From Oculina patagonica (Eukaryota): a stretch of 64,000 nt of DNA. The notes under the pieces were generated by a model that saw nothing but the letters and a program-made list of their open reading frames with translations, did not search any database and was not told the DNA's origin. The stretch is from NCBI RefSeq assembly GCF_052425735.1, contig NC_135763.1, positions 33,666,001-33,730,000 on the forward strand. Direction: 5' to 3'. Position numbers and translations under genes: made by a program. Of the stretch, positions 36,297 through 49,196 are shown piece after piece (the first letter of the stretch is position 1; every line of letters starts with the position of its first letter).

Positions 36297-39200
36297 CTAC
36301 TTCTTGCCGCCTTTTACTGTTGATCCTTGCTTCATACGCAGCAGTTTGTCCAGTACGTCTGCGGTGAAAGGCAGCGCTTTCTCCAGGGCCTGGGACTGGT
36401 TTCTACAAAAGATGCGCCTCAGCCGGATGTCCTTCCTCTCCTGTAAGTACTCGACCAAGTCCTCCTTCTCCAAGGCGCGGCCAAGATCATCTACCAACTG
36501 TGTGACGAAGAAATGCAGGATGCAGCGGGAGACTGTGTCACAGACATTCATTTTCAGCACGTTAAAGCATCGCACTACATTCCTTTTAATATTCTTCATT
36601 TCCTCGAGTTCCTAAATACCAAGAAAATAAACATTTCGTAAGAACGGACTTCGAAACAAAAGTAATTTTGCGGTTACTGATGTGCGGCACATTCTGATTG
36701 GCTCAAGAAATTGATGCTAAATGCATGCACTAGCCAGTCAGAGGAAACCCAAAACATACCAACACCACAAAGTACCAATCCAGCAGGTCTGAGAGGAATT
36801 AGAATGACGTTTGTCGCTTTAGTTCCAATAGACCGTGTAAGGCAAAACTGTGCCATATTATCTTCTGGGAGGGATAACTTTTTCAATAATTTTGGATGGA
36901 TCTGTACTGCTGGACCCACACATGTTCCACACGAAAATAATATAGATATTGCTTTAACGCTCAAGCTAGCTGAACTAGAGAAATACATTTTATGTAAAGA
37001 AGCAATCAAACAGAATAAAACATCATGCCCAGACGAAAACAGGACGTTTTCATGCCATGTAAAATGCTCGAAAGGCTTACACCCTAAACAGCTGCAAGTA
37101 CGTAAGCGTGCAATATGCACCCGTATTGTATGCTTACCTTGTAGTTTAAAAACGCTGTTTGTCCATGGACGTTGCCACGACCTTCAATCTCCTGTACCAT
37201 TTGCTCAGGGTACAGCTTTTTTGCGAGGTCTTTCATGTGACTCATGGTCTTTGACGACATACAGGGATGAAATTTGCCTTCCTTCATTGGGTACGATTCC
37301 CAGAGGTGTATCTCGCCCGGCGTGGGGACTGGTGCAAACACTTGGTCGATACTTTTCTTCTGCATTTCAAGAAACTGTTTGATGAACTGGCTTGTCTGGT
37401 CGCGTTTCGTGTCGAATATTTTGTTCACGACTTTCGCTTCGACTGCTTGTTTGAGGATGGGGAACTTGTCCAAGCTGCACGTGATGGCCCTTTGAACGAT
37501 TTTCCTTAGTGTGGCCTCGACAGTTTTCACAAGGTTCTCCGATATGGGTAGCAACTGATCAACTGGGCTCTGAAATGGAACTTGGCGGCCTTTAGGTGAA
37601 TAACCTATATATAGACGAGATATCGGTCATAAAATAACACACTTACTGACTAAGTTGAATATAAGATTAAAAAGATATTGACCGAATTCATTATAAGATA
37701 AGACATTTACAGACTAAGTAGGTCTTGATAAAAAATTCTCTTACTGAGTCTCACACTCCGGTCCTAACACGATTGCGACCTACTTTACATACATACTGTG
37801 GTTCAATTTACCCTTGATACAATTTAGTAATTTCCTTTGTTCTGGTCTTTGGTGCTATTCAGTGATAATGAATATAGAACAAAGTAAAAATGCCATATAA
37901 CCAATAGAAAAACAGAACCACAACATACAAATCGCATGTTTCAAATGTAAACATCCCTTATGAAGAAATTTGAAGAAAAGGGAATAAAGGTTTTTTTACC
38001 TGTGTATTTCTCGTACAGCAGTTTCTGCAGCAGCTGGCTGTTCTCACTGCTCTCTCCAAGCGGGGCAGTCGCACCCTCCAACTTCTTCTGCCGCCTCCTG
38101 ATATCATCGTCATTACGCATGGCCAGTGGATCCACCTAGACATGACAGACATCATTTATCATAATAACAACTGTTTATAGAGAGGCATAGTGCCTAATTG
38201 TTAGTGCGTCAGACCTCAAATCGAGGAGTCCGATTAACCCTCCCCTCCACCCCTTCCAACCTCCTTGCTAGAGTCTTTGGATTCCCGAAATGGTACTGTA
38301 AATTATAAAAAGAAAGACAAATATAGTACTGGTACTAAGCCTAGTATAGCTGGGTGAGATCCACTTTGCTGGTCGTTTCAAAATAAGTGTACAGTGACGT
38401 TTCAAAATTTGCTCAAACTCATAACAACGCCTCTAAATGGAAAATTTTCATCATTTAACAACACTTCTGCCGCGTTCTCTCGCCTTGTGGCGACCTTCTG
38501 AAAAGGAAAAGGTTGCTAAATCCGAAAGTAACTAGGGTTGTTAGTTCTCTCACCTTGAATACATCTTCGCAGAATGAATTAAACAGCCCCCTCACTTTTT
38601 CTCCTCCTTCGTTGTCGGACGTGTTGTTAAAAAGAAGTTTGTTCAATTCTGTGACGAGTTTATTCTTAAGTTTCATGGCCACTGCACCCTTCCCCCCATC
38701 TGACTCGGGCACCTCGCTGTCCTCAAGTCCTTTTAGCTCATCATCCACCTGTATTCATTGAAAAATAGACGCATTTATTTTTTGTTAGTACTCGTGAACT
38801 CACCAGAGAAGCTTCCGAAGTTTCTCAGTGGCGCATTTTGGACATCGGACAATGTCGGACAGAACGATCCGGGTACGAGCGCTACTTTTGGGCAAGCTAC
38901 CTACCTACCTACCTAACTACCCCCCTAACTTCCTGTGGGACTTGAACAGAATACTGCACCAGGCCCAGAATGCATTGTAGTAGTAGATCAGCAGAGCGAA
39001 GTCTTGTTCGTTTGTTTAGATGGAGATTTACGATTTAGAGCGTAACATTGTTAGTGTTTTGAGCGGTTCTTACACAGTGCTTACTTCAGTTTTTCGTTCT
39101 TTCATTTGTCGCACCAGAATAGGAATCTCCATGATCATTTTTTCGGCCAGTAAAGAGATCATGGTGTCCATCAGCCGATCAATGCCACACACATGTGTGA

Positions 39201-42088
39201 TGTCTTTGTACTGTGGGTGCCTCTCGAACCATTCCTTCTCCTTCATACGGGTCATTTCAGCGTCCCAGTCCCTCTCTTTCGGGTCTGTGCCATCTTTGCC
39301 TGGTTTGTTGATAGAAATCAAGAAAATAATTACTTATTTCCTTTGGTTTAGCCCTACTCGAACCTTATAATTGGCTCAAAGCTAGGATTTAATTTGTGCA
39401 AAGTGCTCTAACCAGTCACAAATTGGTAAGGTATTTAGATATTTATGATAGATATTTTCGAGCAAATGAAAAAACGCTTTTCAAGGTGCAAAATTAATAG
39501 TTTCCTGCGTTTTCCATCCAGACTTAACATGCTTCAGATCGGCTGGAGAGCGAGCGTTGAACGGTCGTCGTCTGGCGAAACAATAATTATAAAAACTTGT
39601 AGCATTCAGATTTAGTAAGCCCATCATTTCTAAGCAAGAACGTGATAAAGTAATCTATATAAAGCTATCTCACAAATTATTGATAAAAATCCTTTCTATA
39701 AAGTACGGATTTAAACTAAACGTCTTACCTCGAAGCAAAATAAAGCGGTTATCCTCCAGTGTAAAGCTGGACTTATTCATAGCCACTCTATACCCCATGT
39801 CATCAGTTTCTCTCAACTTGTCTGGTTTGGTCAGCGCGCAAATGGTACGGCTTTTAAAATCTCTGGCCTTTTGCATGACCAGGTTTATTGCACTGTCACC
39901 TGTGGGGTCCCCTACCTCGGACACAATCACGATGATGCTGTTTGTGTTTTTCTCGATGTACTCTAGCACTAAACTTTGGGTCACGTGGTTCATTCGCGGG
40001 TCGTCATTGGCGAAGTGGGCGCCGGGAAGGTCGACCACGGTGAGAGTCGTGAGTTCGGGGCCTATACAGGTAAAGGGACAGATAGAAACTGAACTTTAAA
40101 ACTGGAGTTGGAGTTGAGCATTTGAACGTCAACAAATTTAGTATAATTTCCAGAGTGGAAATAAGAATCGGACATATTAGCTAGTCAAAAAGCTCGGCTT
40201 ATGAAGCTATATACACCGCGCTTTGGCGCTAGGCGGTGCGCCCGGGGCGCTTACTTCACATTTAGGATAAGACGGGGACGCTTATTCGAGGGGGCGCTGA
40301 TTTAATTTTTCCTAAATCGTGGCCAGGTATGATCGGGTTTTTTTGTAATATTGCATGTGCGCGTAAACAACATTAACTGTATATTTATATAAAAAGCTGA
40401 TCCTAAATGCAAATATGCAAATACATGGATCTGATTTCTGTATTGTAATGATGTAGTCAAGAGCAGTTACCGATGATTTTAAAACAGGCCGGATGAGAGT
40501 GATTAAACACGTTCAAACACATTCATGTTGTCTAAGTTCTCGTCAATAAAAACGGGGGGAGGGGGGTCGCTTCGATAGGAAGGGGCGTTTATTTCAAGGG
40601 GGCGCTTATTCGAAGGGAGGCACTAGTTCGAAGATTTAACTACTTTCGAAAGAAATCACTTCAAGTCCAGAATATTTAAAACATTGAAAATTTGTTTGCC
40701 AAGGCCCTTGGACCAAAAATATCTTCAAGAAATGGTGCTGCACGCATTAGGGCCTGTTTACATGGAAGGCGGGTGCTCCGGATAGCCAGGCTACCCTGGG
40801 CGAGCCAACTTTTCATATTAAAGTTTCTTTTAAAAAAACTCGGTCGGCACTCGGTCTACTTGCCCGAGGCACCCTTCTAGGCAGGATATGTAAACGGATA
40901 TTCCCGGGCTATCCCCGCTTGCCGGGATGAGTCTTCGCGCGTGTTCTAAGATTAAATTTGAAGTTAATGGCATAAAAAATGTATAAATTTGGACCCAAAC
41001 AGTGCTTTTTGACCAAAATTAGATCAAATTAGTTTTATCTGTAAGCTGGAAAATATTTCTTTGAGCAACAGCTAGTTAATTCGAAATTTTCATAGGAATG
41101 ATTATCCTAATTCACGAAACAAATTTAATTTTAATTTGGAGGACAAAGAATGTTGAATTTTAATTGATTTCCCCACAAATGGACACAGTAAATTTCTAAG
41201 AGCTTGCACATCAATGTAAAATACGTATAGATCGCGCACCATGACAAACTGTGTCGGATCGAGTGATCGAAATCTACTTCTCTTCAATCCGGAGCTATAT
41301 ATCGGTTTGAAGACGATACGCACAATTGTTCATAAGTTTCATCAATTCTTTTCCATACAATAAGACCAGTATATATTATATTGAATTTGCTATAATTAGT
41401 TCTAACTAATATAAATCGGTACAGGCAGTGAATTCTTAGACTTCTTTGGGCAACTTGCTAAAATGCTGTGGGGGTAACCGTGCAATGGACTAGCAGGGGA
41501 GAGTAGCAATACTCCTAGTCGCTTCCGTGATGCCATGGAAACCTGAGTTACCACCGCGGCCTGTTGAGCCGGCTCCTCGAATGTAAATAATAAAAATTCC
41601 AAATAAAAACCATTAAATCTAGTTTATTAGCGTAACACCTCACCTTGCAGAGTAACGTTAACTGGGGTTTTTGATATCGGAGTTCCCTCCTCCTTGGGAA
41701 GATGACCAGCAACTTTGTTGAGGAAATCCTCCACTACTTCATCCGTGGGATTTTCCACAGTTCCCGCTATATCCGGCCTTTTATCACATTTCACTTCCAC
41801 CATGCTCTTTGGGCCGTTCCGTAGATTGAGTATTATGGGATACGTGGTGCGTGTTTGAAGGGTGTTGGCAGTTTCATTTCGTCGCATTGGGAGAAGATAT
41901 CGACCAATCAGTCGGTTTATCACCGTTGTCTTTGCCATGTTTTGTCGACCGACCATGACCAAATGCGGAATGTTGAAGGTCTGTCGTAGCGTATCATTGC
42001 TTATCATGGTTTGTATAAAATCCAACACGACTCCAAACTCGCTACTTCTGCCATATTTGGCAACGGGTGTTTCAACTACACCTGACAT
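36297..42088 (-). CDS. Dynamin-superfamily (Mx-like) large GTPase, copy A; 701 aa from its own ATG, probably the C-terminal part of a HEPN-TRADDN fusion
   Basis: Exons 42088-41644, 40061-39729, 39299-39085, 38748-38554, 38135-38000, 37604-37138, 36611-36297, all GT-AG and phase-consistent (2106 nt). G1 IPHLVMVGRQNMAKTT, G3 VDLPG, G4 ALTKPD, EKEWFERHP, GIDRL, GED-like C-terminus; no PH or PRD domain. Confidence 0.9.
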
Positions 42089-42269
42089 GATCTTCGGGCT
42101 CTTCTGCAGTGATCAAAACAAAACATTAGTTATGTAAGGAAATGCCGAGTATCCACAGACAGTTACCAGTCCCACAATTGCTTATCACTGATCGTTAAGA
42201 GGAAATTGACCGCTCAACTGCTAAGGACAAGGCCAACTTAAAAAATAAATATTAAGCAAGCAAGCAAGC

Positions 42270-42482
42270 GGCACATCCACAGTGTTGCTATTCGTCCACT
42301 GTTTCCGGGTCGATTTGGAATTTAGAAGTGTTGGTTTTTGTGGAGGTAAGAAAACCGGACAACCCGGAAAAAACCCTCGGAGCAAGGACGAGAACCAACA
42401 ACAAACTCATATATGACGCAGGGTATGGGAATCGACCCCAGGCCACACTGGTGGGAGGCGAGCGCTCTCACCATTATGCCAT
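42270..42482 (-). mobile_element. tRNA-derived SINE fragment (second family)
   Basis: Minus-strand head TGGCATAATGGTGAGAGCGCTCGCCTCCCACCAGTGTGGCCTGGGGTCGATTCCC (A/B boxes). Confidence 0.65.
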
Positions 42483-42518
42483 CAGCAGTCGTCAGCTGGA
42501 GTAATAGAGTCTGCTTAC

Positions 42519-44975
42519 CAGCTTAGAGATTTCAACTTCTGGGCCAAAACCTGAGGCGGTCCGCTTTCTTGTCATGTATCGTGGACGTTGAACTAAAAAT
42601 ATAGCATTTTGGTAAGAAAAAGATTATTTGTGATGGCTAATCAACGCCCATTGAGGCCTACTTAGGGGATGGGTTCAGCCCCTATGCAGGGCAGGGGTAG
42701 GGAGAGTTCAGGGACTGGACTAACTCTACTCTCACTTTAGACCCCCAACTCGCATAGACTCTCATACGCTCTCACTAAATTTAAAGTTGCTGAAATTTTC
42801 ATGAGTCAACGATAATTTTTCTCGTTTAACCAGCAAATTTGAGTTGTGTTAAAGTTTACAAAAAACCTTTTGGTGATGAGGTCTTTCCTTTCATGAATCC
42901 GTACTCAGGTCCTCATTTTTCGGGGGTGGGGAGAGGGTTGATAATTGTTGTCATGCGTTGACGGCCCGGAGAGCTCTCGTCCAACTTTCATCCCTCAATT
43001 CTTTTTTTCTTGCTCTAGATCGAGTTCTCCTGCAGGAAAACCTATGAAAAGTCTAATTTCTAGGATATAAAATGCAGATTCACCTGCACTTTGCAAGAAA
43101 TACTCTCGACAAGCTTTGTATTCATCCACTCGAATAGTTGTCGCGAGTTTCACTTCGATAGGGCCAAAGGCTTTCAAAATGTCCTTCGTCACAAGGTAGT
43201 TTTGTGCCATTTTATTTAAGTGGCCTGAACAATAGTCTTCCCACAGTCCTTCAAGTATCTCCAGAGTGCTGCATTCCACAGTGATTATCAAGCTCCCTTG
43301 CTGCGCATCCTTGAAAAGAACTTTGCGCACGTCTCTCAGATACTTTAGATAATCATTTAACTCCTCCGGGTTAGATGGGTCGACAATCTGAAAGTACTTC
43401 AGCGCAATGAAATTCAAAACTCCATCTGCAGTTGGGATGCCTTCACTTGTGATATTGTCTCCCGCAAAATCTGCCGGGGCTGATGCTTCCTGCTTCCATG
43501 ATGTGATTGGCATTAATGTGGCGCCCTGAAGTCCTTTTTGTGGTTCTCGTGAGGTTGCTACCAACTCTGAAGATCCTCCTCGTCGACCAGGTACTGTTAC
43601 TGCTTCACAATCGATCCGCAGTCGAAGTTGTACTGTAGAGAAACAAATGTTCTTTTCGTTTTTTATATCCAAGATAACATACTGAAAACTAACACACAAT
43701 CCCGTTCACTTTATTTTTCTATTCTTATTATCTTTAGTTACGAATATCTCTTACATCTGGCAACAAACAAAAATCGCACAAGTAAACGAATCAAAATTTT
43801 GTCCTTGAATTTGCCATTAAATAAGGTACAGCGTAGCACTTACACAAAAGATGAGAAAACTACTTTTACTGCGAAGCCAGCTAACTAACACACAGCCTCG
43901 TTTGCAACCGTTTCCTTGGGACGGCGGATCAAAACCATTTCTCCCTCTTTGTGGGAGGAATGACTTTGTGGCAAGACAAAAACTGCTATAAATTAGTACC
44001 ATTTGAATAACATGGTGAAAGAGTCTACAACAAAGTCGTCATTTTTAACTTACCTCCAGCGGCTTGAGAGCTTCCAGCTATAGATTGATGCACCTCACCG
44101 ATCTTATCCTTGATGTCCTGGGCTTCCTCCCGAACTAGGCATTGGACGTTTTGAGTTGTGGCTTCCAGTTTCCCTCCAAGCTGATCTTTGATACCTTTGG
44201 CTTCCACTCGAACTGCATTCTCTAGGAATTGGCATTTCTCCTCTATTAAATGTGTAGTTCCTTCGAGCCCTCCCTGGACACCTTTTAAACTTGTTTCCAA
44301 ACGTTCCATCCCTTCTTGGGTTGAAGTTTTCAGTTCCACTATGGATTTCTTAACTTCTGTGTCGTTTTCATACCACCTCAGCAGTTCCTGTGTATTTTTT
44401 TCATCCTCAGCAGTCAGTGGATTTCTCAAAAGGTTAATAATAGCAATTTGCCAATCATGTTTCTTTGTAGGGCTGATTTGACCTGCAATCCCAACAAGAG
44501 TATCGCTGATTTCTTTCCAGAGCGATGGAAACTCTTCATTCGTTATCTCCATGTTTTGGTTCACATGACCGTAAACTGAGTTGCGGTAAAATTTAATTCT
44601 CGCTAAATCTGCAGTTAAACTGTGGTCTGTATCTGTTGGTAGAGCATCCCAGCCCGTGGCAGGAGGGGTGAGGTTGCATATTGTTCTCAGCAACTTAAAC
44701 AGTAGCGTAACATCAAATTCTGTTGACTTGCCGTACACCCCTGGGGAAGGGAACAGACAGTCCCACTGTGGCTTGGTGAGCTTTGCTGCTTTGAGTTGTT
44801 TCACTGTGGCTGGATTTTTCAGTATTTTGGGAAGATCGCTTGGTGGACAATTCTGGTCAAAAATCTCCCTCAGCAGCGTGGTGCCTCCACTTATTAACAG
44901 TCGTGTAACGCGATGAAAATTATCTTTTCCATTTGTTGAGCGGAGCACTTTATCTGGTTCCGGGTTGGCGGCCAT
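42519..44975 (-). CDS. DZIP3-type HEPN RNase domain + coiled coil + TRADD-N-like domain (N-terminal module, splices in frame to GTPase copy A)
   Basis: Exon 44975-44054: FDVTLLFKLLRTICNL.PP..GW...P...D.S..ADLARIKFYRNSVYGH, then heptad-rich region. Exon 43632-43084: GSLIITVECSTLEILEGLWEDYCSGHLN...LVT. Exon 42592-42519: 74-nt linker. An in-frame TGA upstream of ATG 44975 fixes the start. Confidence 0.82.
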
Positions 44976-45079
44976 TTCACAAGTCAGAACAGGGTGGAAT
45001 TACGGTATCACTGGAACTCGATACTAAGGAATGGATAAGCTTCACCCGCCCTGTAATAATAATAATTAATATCAATAAC

Positions 45080-45122
<43 letters not shown>

Positions 45123-45129
45123 GCAACAA

Positions 45130-45413
45130 TAAGCGGTTTTCACTTGAGTGTCGAAAGTAATTTGCGTCTGCTTTGGTTTTGCATTACTACGCTCAGTGAT
45201 TGGTTTAAAAATCTCGCGCCACTTTCTCGACCAATCAGAACTAAGACCAAAAGCAATCGTGACTCGCTCGCGCACGTTTTCCCGCTCTTTGCGTCAGCTA
45301 CATGTATTTGCTTCGAGTTTAGATTGGTTCATTGGATTGTTTGTGTGTTTTGTGATTGGCCAGAGAAATAACTTTGGTTTTGGTTTTACGACACTCAATT
45401 GAAAACTGCTCTA
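45130..45413. mobile_element. MITE next to a (TAA)n microsatellite
   Basis: TIR-like AGCGGTTTTCACTTGAGTGTCG ... CGACACTCAATTGAAAACTGCTCT. Confidence 0.65.
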
Positions 45414-46199
45414 ATAATAAGTATAAGTAATCACATGATTTCGAGTGCAATTTGGGATAAATCAGCACGAGTAAATTTTTCAGATTTATCCCAAATTGTA
45501 CGAGAAAAATCATGTGATTACTTGTTAATAATACACATACAAATATTTCACTTGAAGTGGATGATAAACAAAACGTGTTCGGTGGCTTACCTATCCGATT
45601 CGGTCTTAAACATAACGGAGTTGCCGGGCTTTGTAAAACCCAGATACCGCTAGGGAATTTTAAATCTCTCTGCCATGCATTATCAGGTGCTTTTATCCTT
45701 ATTCATTTATATTGGTTTGGGCTGAAATGTCCAACTTCAATTCACGCTTGTAATCTTTCTTCTTTACGAGCCGTCGCGTAAGAAAATCCACGATTGGTAG
45801 CTTTCAGTAGTTTCGTAAAGCCTCTCTCAGCTTGTGCTGTACAAACGTCCAATTCCTAGTACTTTGGTATATATACTTATAACTTTCGTTAAATCGGTCA
45901 AACTTTTCATGAATCGTTATGTTTTTGCTCGATTTTTGCTCACTCAAACACTCCGGCATCGGCCACCATTTTGTTTCGGCGAGCTTTCCGACTTTCCCAT
46001 CAATCAATTTAATTTCAACTTTCTGCACTGTTTGGGATTAACTGACGTGCTCCCAGCCAATAAGCATGCANNNNNNNNNNNNNNNNNNNNNNNNNNNNNN
46101 NNNNNNNNNNNNNNNNNNNNNNNNNNNNNNNNNNNNNNNNNNNNNNNNNNNNNNNNNNNNNNNNNNNNNNNNNNNNNNNNNNNNNNNNNNNNNNNNNNN

Positions 46200-46799
46200 A
46201 CTAAGGCTGCATATAACATCTGGCGGCTACAAAACCCCACAGCAAGACCAAACCTTGATGCAAATAAACTCGCTAATGTTCGTAGGGACATTATCAAGAG
46301 TAAAAGACACACTGAAATGGAACTTGAAACCATACGAGCAAACGTAAGGCAAGCCACCTCCACTCCAGAAGAAATGAACAGATCGAGACCTGGGATTGAA
46401 GACACTGACAAACAAGAAATGGTTGAAGCAAATGTGGACGAAAACACTTCCACATTACCTGAAAGTGCTGGAAGAACACAAAAACCTACAGAAACAAAGT
46501 CAGATGAGAGTTTGATAGCAATGAAAAATGATATAATGAGAAAGTGGGAAACAGTCAAATACCAGGAAATGACTGAGAGACCACTACTGCCAAAGATAAA
46601 GAAAGATCACCGTGCTCGTGATGCAATTGACACAGCCAACAAAGCCATTAAAGAAATCAAAGAAGGTACCGATGGACCACTCACTATAACTGACATAAAC
46701 CAAATTGTATACGCCACTGCCTCTATAATAACAGAGAAAATGGGCCTAAAACCAAGACAACACAGCCGCATAGGAAAAAAAACAAAAGAGCCTGCTTAA
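46200..46799 (+). mobile_element. N-terminal ORF fragment of a non-LTR retrotransposon (R4/Dong-like)
   Basis: Open frame ...NKLANVRRDII...ERPLLPKIK...ITDINQIVYATASII...KEPA resembles the region upstream of the RT in R4/Dong-type elements (from memory); it ends abruptly in (TAA)n and its 5' side is in the gap. Confidence 0.5.
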
Positions 46800-47382
46800 T
46801 AATAATAATAACTTAGGCTTTCGATGGAGTAGAGTCTTTCATCATAAGCAACGAGACTGTAACATGCATTCTCAATATATATAGAACTCATCAGAATCTG
46901 ACTCTTTAGTCTTAGGATTTGAACATGATGAACAACTCATCGAAACGTCCTTATTATCGCTGATTTTTATTCTTAACAATAATAATAATAATAATAATAA
47001 TAATATTAATGAAAAAACTTTTTTTAAAACCTCCGTAATAATTATCTGTGGAGCAAAACTATTTACAATAAATGGTTCTATGAAACAGACGTTAAAATGA
47101 AAAGCAAAATATGTTCTATAGAAAATGAATAAAATCTGAGAAGCGTTTAAAATTGGAAGGAGCGATTTAAAATGCAAAGGAAACATAATGGTTACATTGT
47201 GCGTTTGATGTGATCTGGCGTACGCGAGTAGCAATCAAAAACAAAGGAAAAACTATTTAAAATACACACTTTCTGCAATTTCATTGTCAATATCAGTGTT
47301 CTTAATATCTCTTTGAGGTCTTTTTCGTACTACTACTAATAATAATAATAATAATGATAATATAAAAAACTTTATTCAATAC

Positions 47383-47416
<34 letters not shown>

Positions 47417-49196
47417 CTGAAAAAGAGCAGACATTGTGAAAGGTGACAAATCCCTTAGTTTTTTTGTATGTGTTGCTACAGCCAGCAGCGAGGCAGCGAA
47501 CCATAATATTCTGGGCTTTAGATAATACTTTTGCACCGAAGATCTGGGTCATTGCAAAACCAACTTAGACAAATGCTACGTCATAGCCTCGATATCATTC
47601 CTAACCTTCAAGATGGCGGCCGTCGGTGTTCGAAAGCGGTAATTTTAAACGATTTCAAAGCCCACTTACTAAAAATCAAGGCGGCGCTTCACCAAACAAC
47701 AATTATTTTTGAAGTCCTGAACACATGGGCTTTCATTTAAGGTAAAATGTTTCTAGACCCTTGTTCATGTTTTCCTTTAACATTTGAGTCAAAAGCTTTA
47801 ACTTCATTACATTTGTAACAGCTTTGTTTCAAGGTCTTACACTGAATCCACCGTGCGCAAACGCTCAAGCTATGAAAAAGCTGATTGCAACTGAAATAAA
47901 CTGAGGGGTCCCGCAGAATTTGTGAGAAAAAATCGAAAATAATTATAGCAATTTGCGAGAGGAAACGAAAGCAGAATAATGAGAATTTGGCCTTTTGAAC
48001 CACAAAGTTCGGTATATTTATAATTCCTTTTTTTGTTGATGTAATTCGTTTTGAACTTAATGTTGAAATTTGTCGGCTTTTTTTTCTATTTTTCTCTAGG
48101 TGGGTTGCCCGAATTCTAAGCATTTTGCCCGAAAAATTTCGGCACTGAGGAGGGCTGCAGCCCCCCTCGCACCCCCGCCTCGTACGCCTATGATCTTAAT
48201 GCAAGTACAGCATCGCGATAGTATAGTTGTTGTTTGACTGGAAGCCAGCGTAAATATTTCAAGACTGGGGTCACGTAATAAAACTTCCTGGTATTAGAAT
48301 TTGTTTTCTCGTCGTTTCTTCTGCCGGCTAGACCTATAGATACCCTGCACGGCGAAACACACACTTTTTTCGCAACATCCGCTTTTTCTTGACTCCTAGT
48401 GGGCGCTAATAGACATTTCAGCGATGAGAAAGTTTCATTTTTCGAAAATACTTGGTTCAAAATTCATTTCCTTTGCTCTCATTCAAGCGCTTGAGATTAT
48501 TCTCGCTCATTCTGCAGATTCTGTCTATAGTGCGTTGACAGAACTGTCTAGTAGGCGCGCAGAGGGCTAGTCTCAACTAGTCCCAAACCTCTACCCGTCA
48601 AGCATCCAAGATGGTGACTCGAACACGATCGATTGTTATTATAATCGAGCGTTCGAACGCCAAAAACACCTGCACTGCAGGCTATCATTGGGAAAACTTC
48701 GGCGCTCTTTGCTCACGCAAACCTCGGACTGCTACTGGCGTGACTTGTATGATTCGCGTGACCTCTGGCTTTTCAAAGGTTTATCTATGCTGCGCCGTGC
48801 CTTTTATCGTTTTTATTCAAAAAACAAGTTATACTTTGTGGTCAACCCGCCAGGCCTAGTTCTACGCTCTGTGAGCTTCTTGTTTTTCAAATTCACACGC
48901 GCCTTTCGCGCGAAGCCAGACATTACATTAACATTCTGGTTTTGGATCGAGTCGCCGTTAACCGTTTGAATATTAAAATAGTCACTGAATTGAAAGAAAC
49001 GCTTGAACTGTTTTGACTGTAATGTGATGGATTTCGAAGATTTCTAATCGATTTAATGTGTTAAATTGTGGAAGGTATCAAATTGAATTAATGTGATCGA
49101 TTTGGCGAGTCTCTACTCGATTTACTTTGTGCTTGATTTGGAAGGTCTCTAACCGATTACTAATTGTGCTCGATTTGGAAAGTATCTAGATTTATG

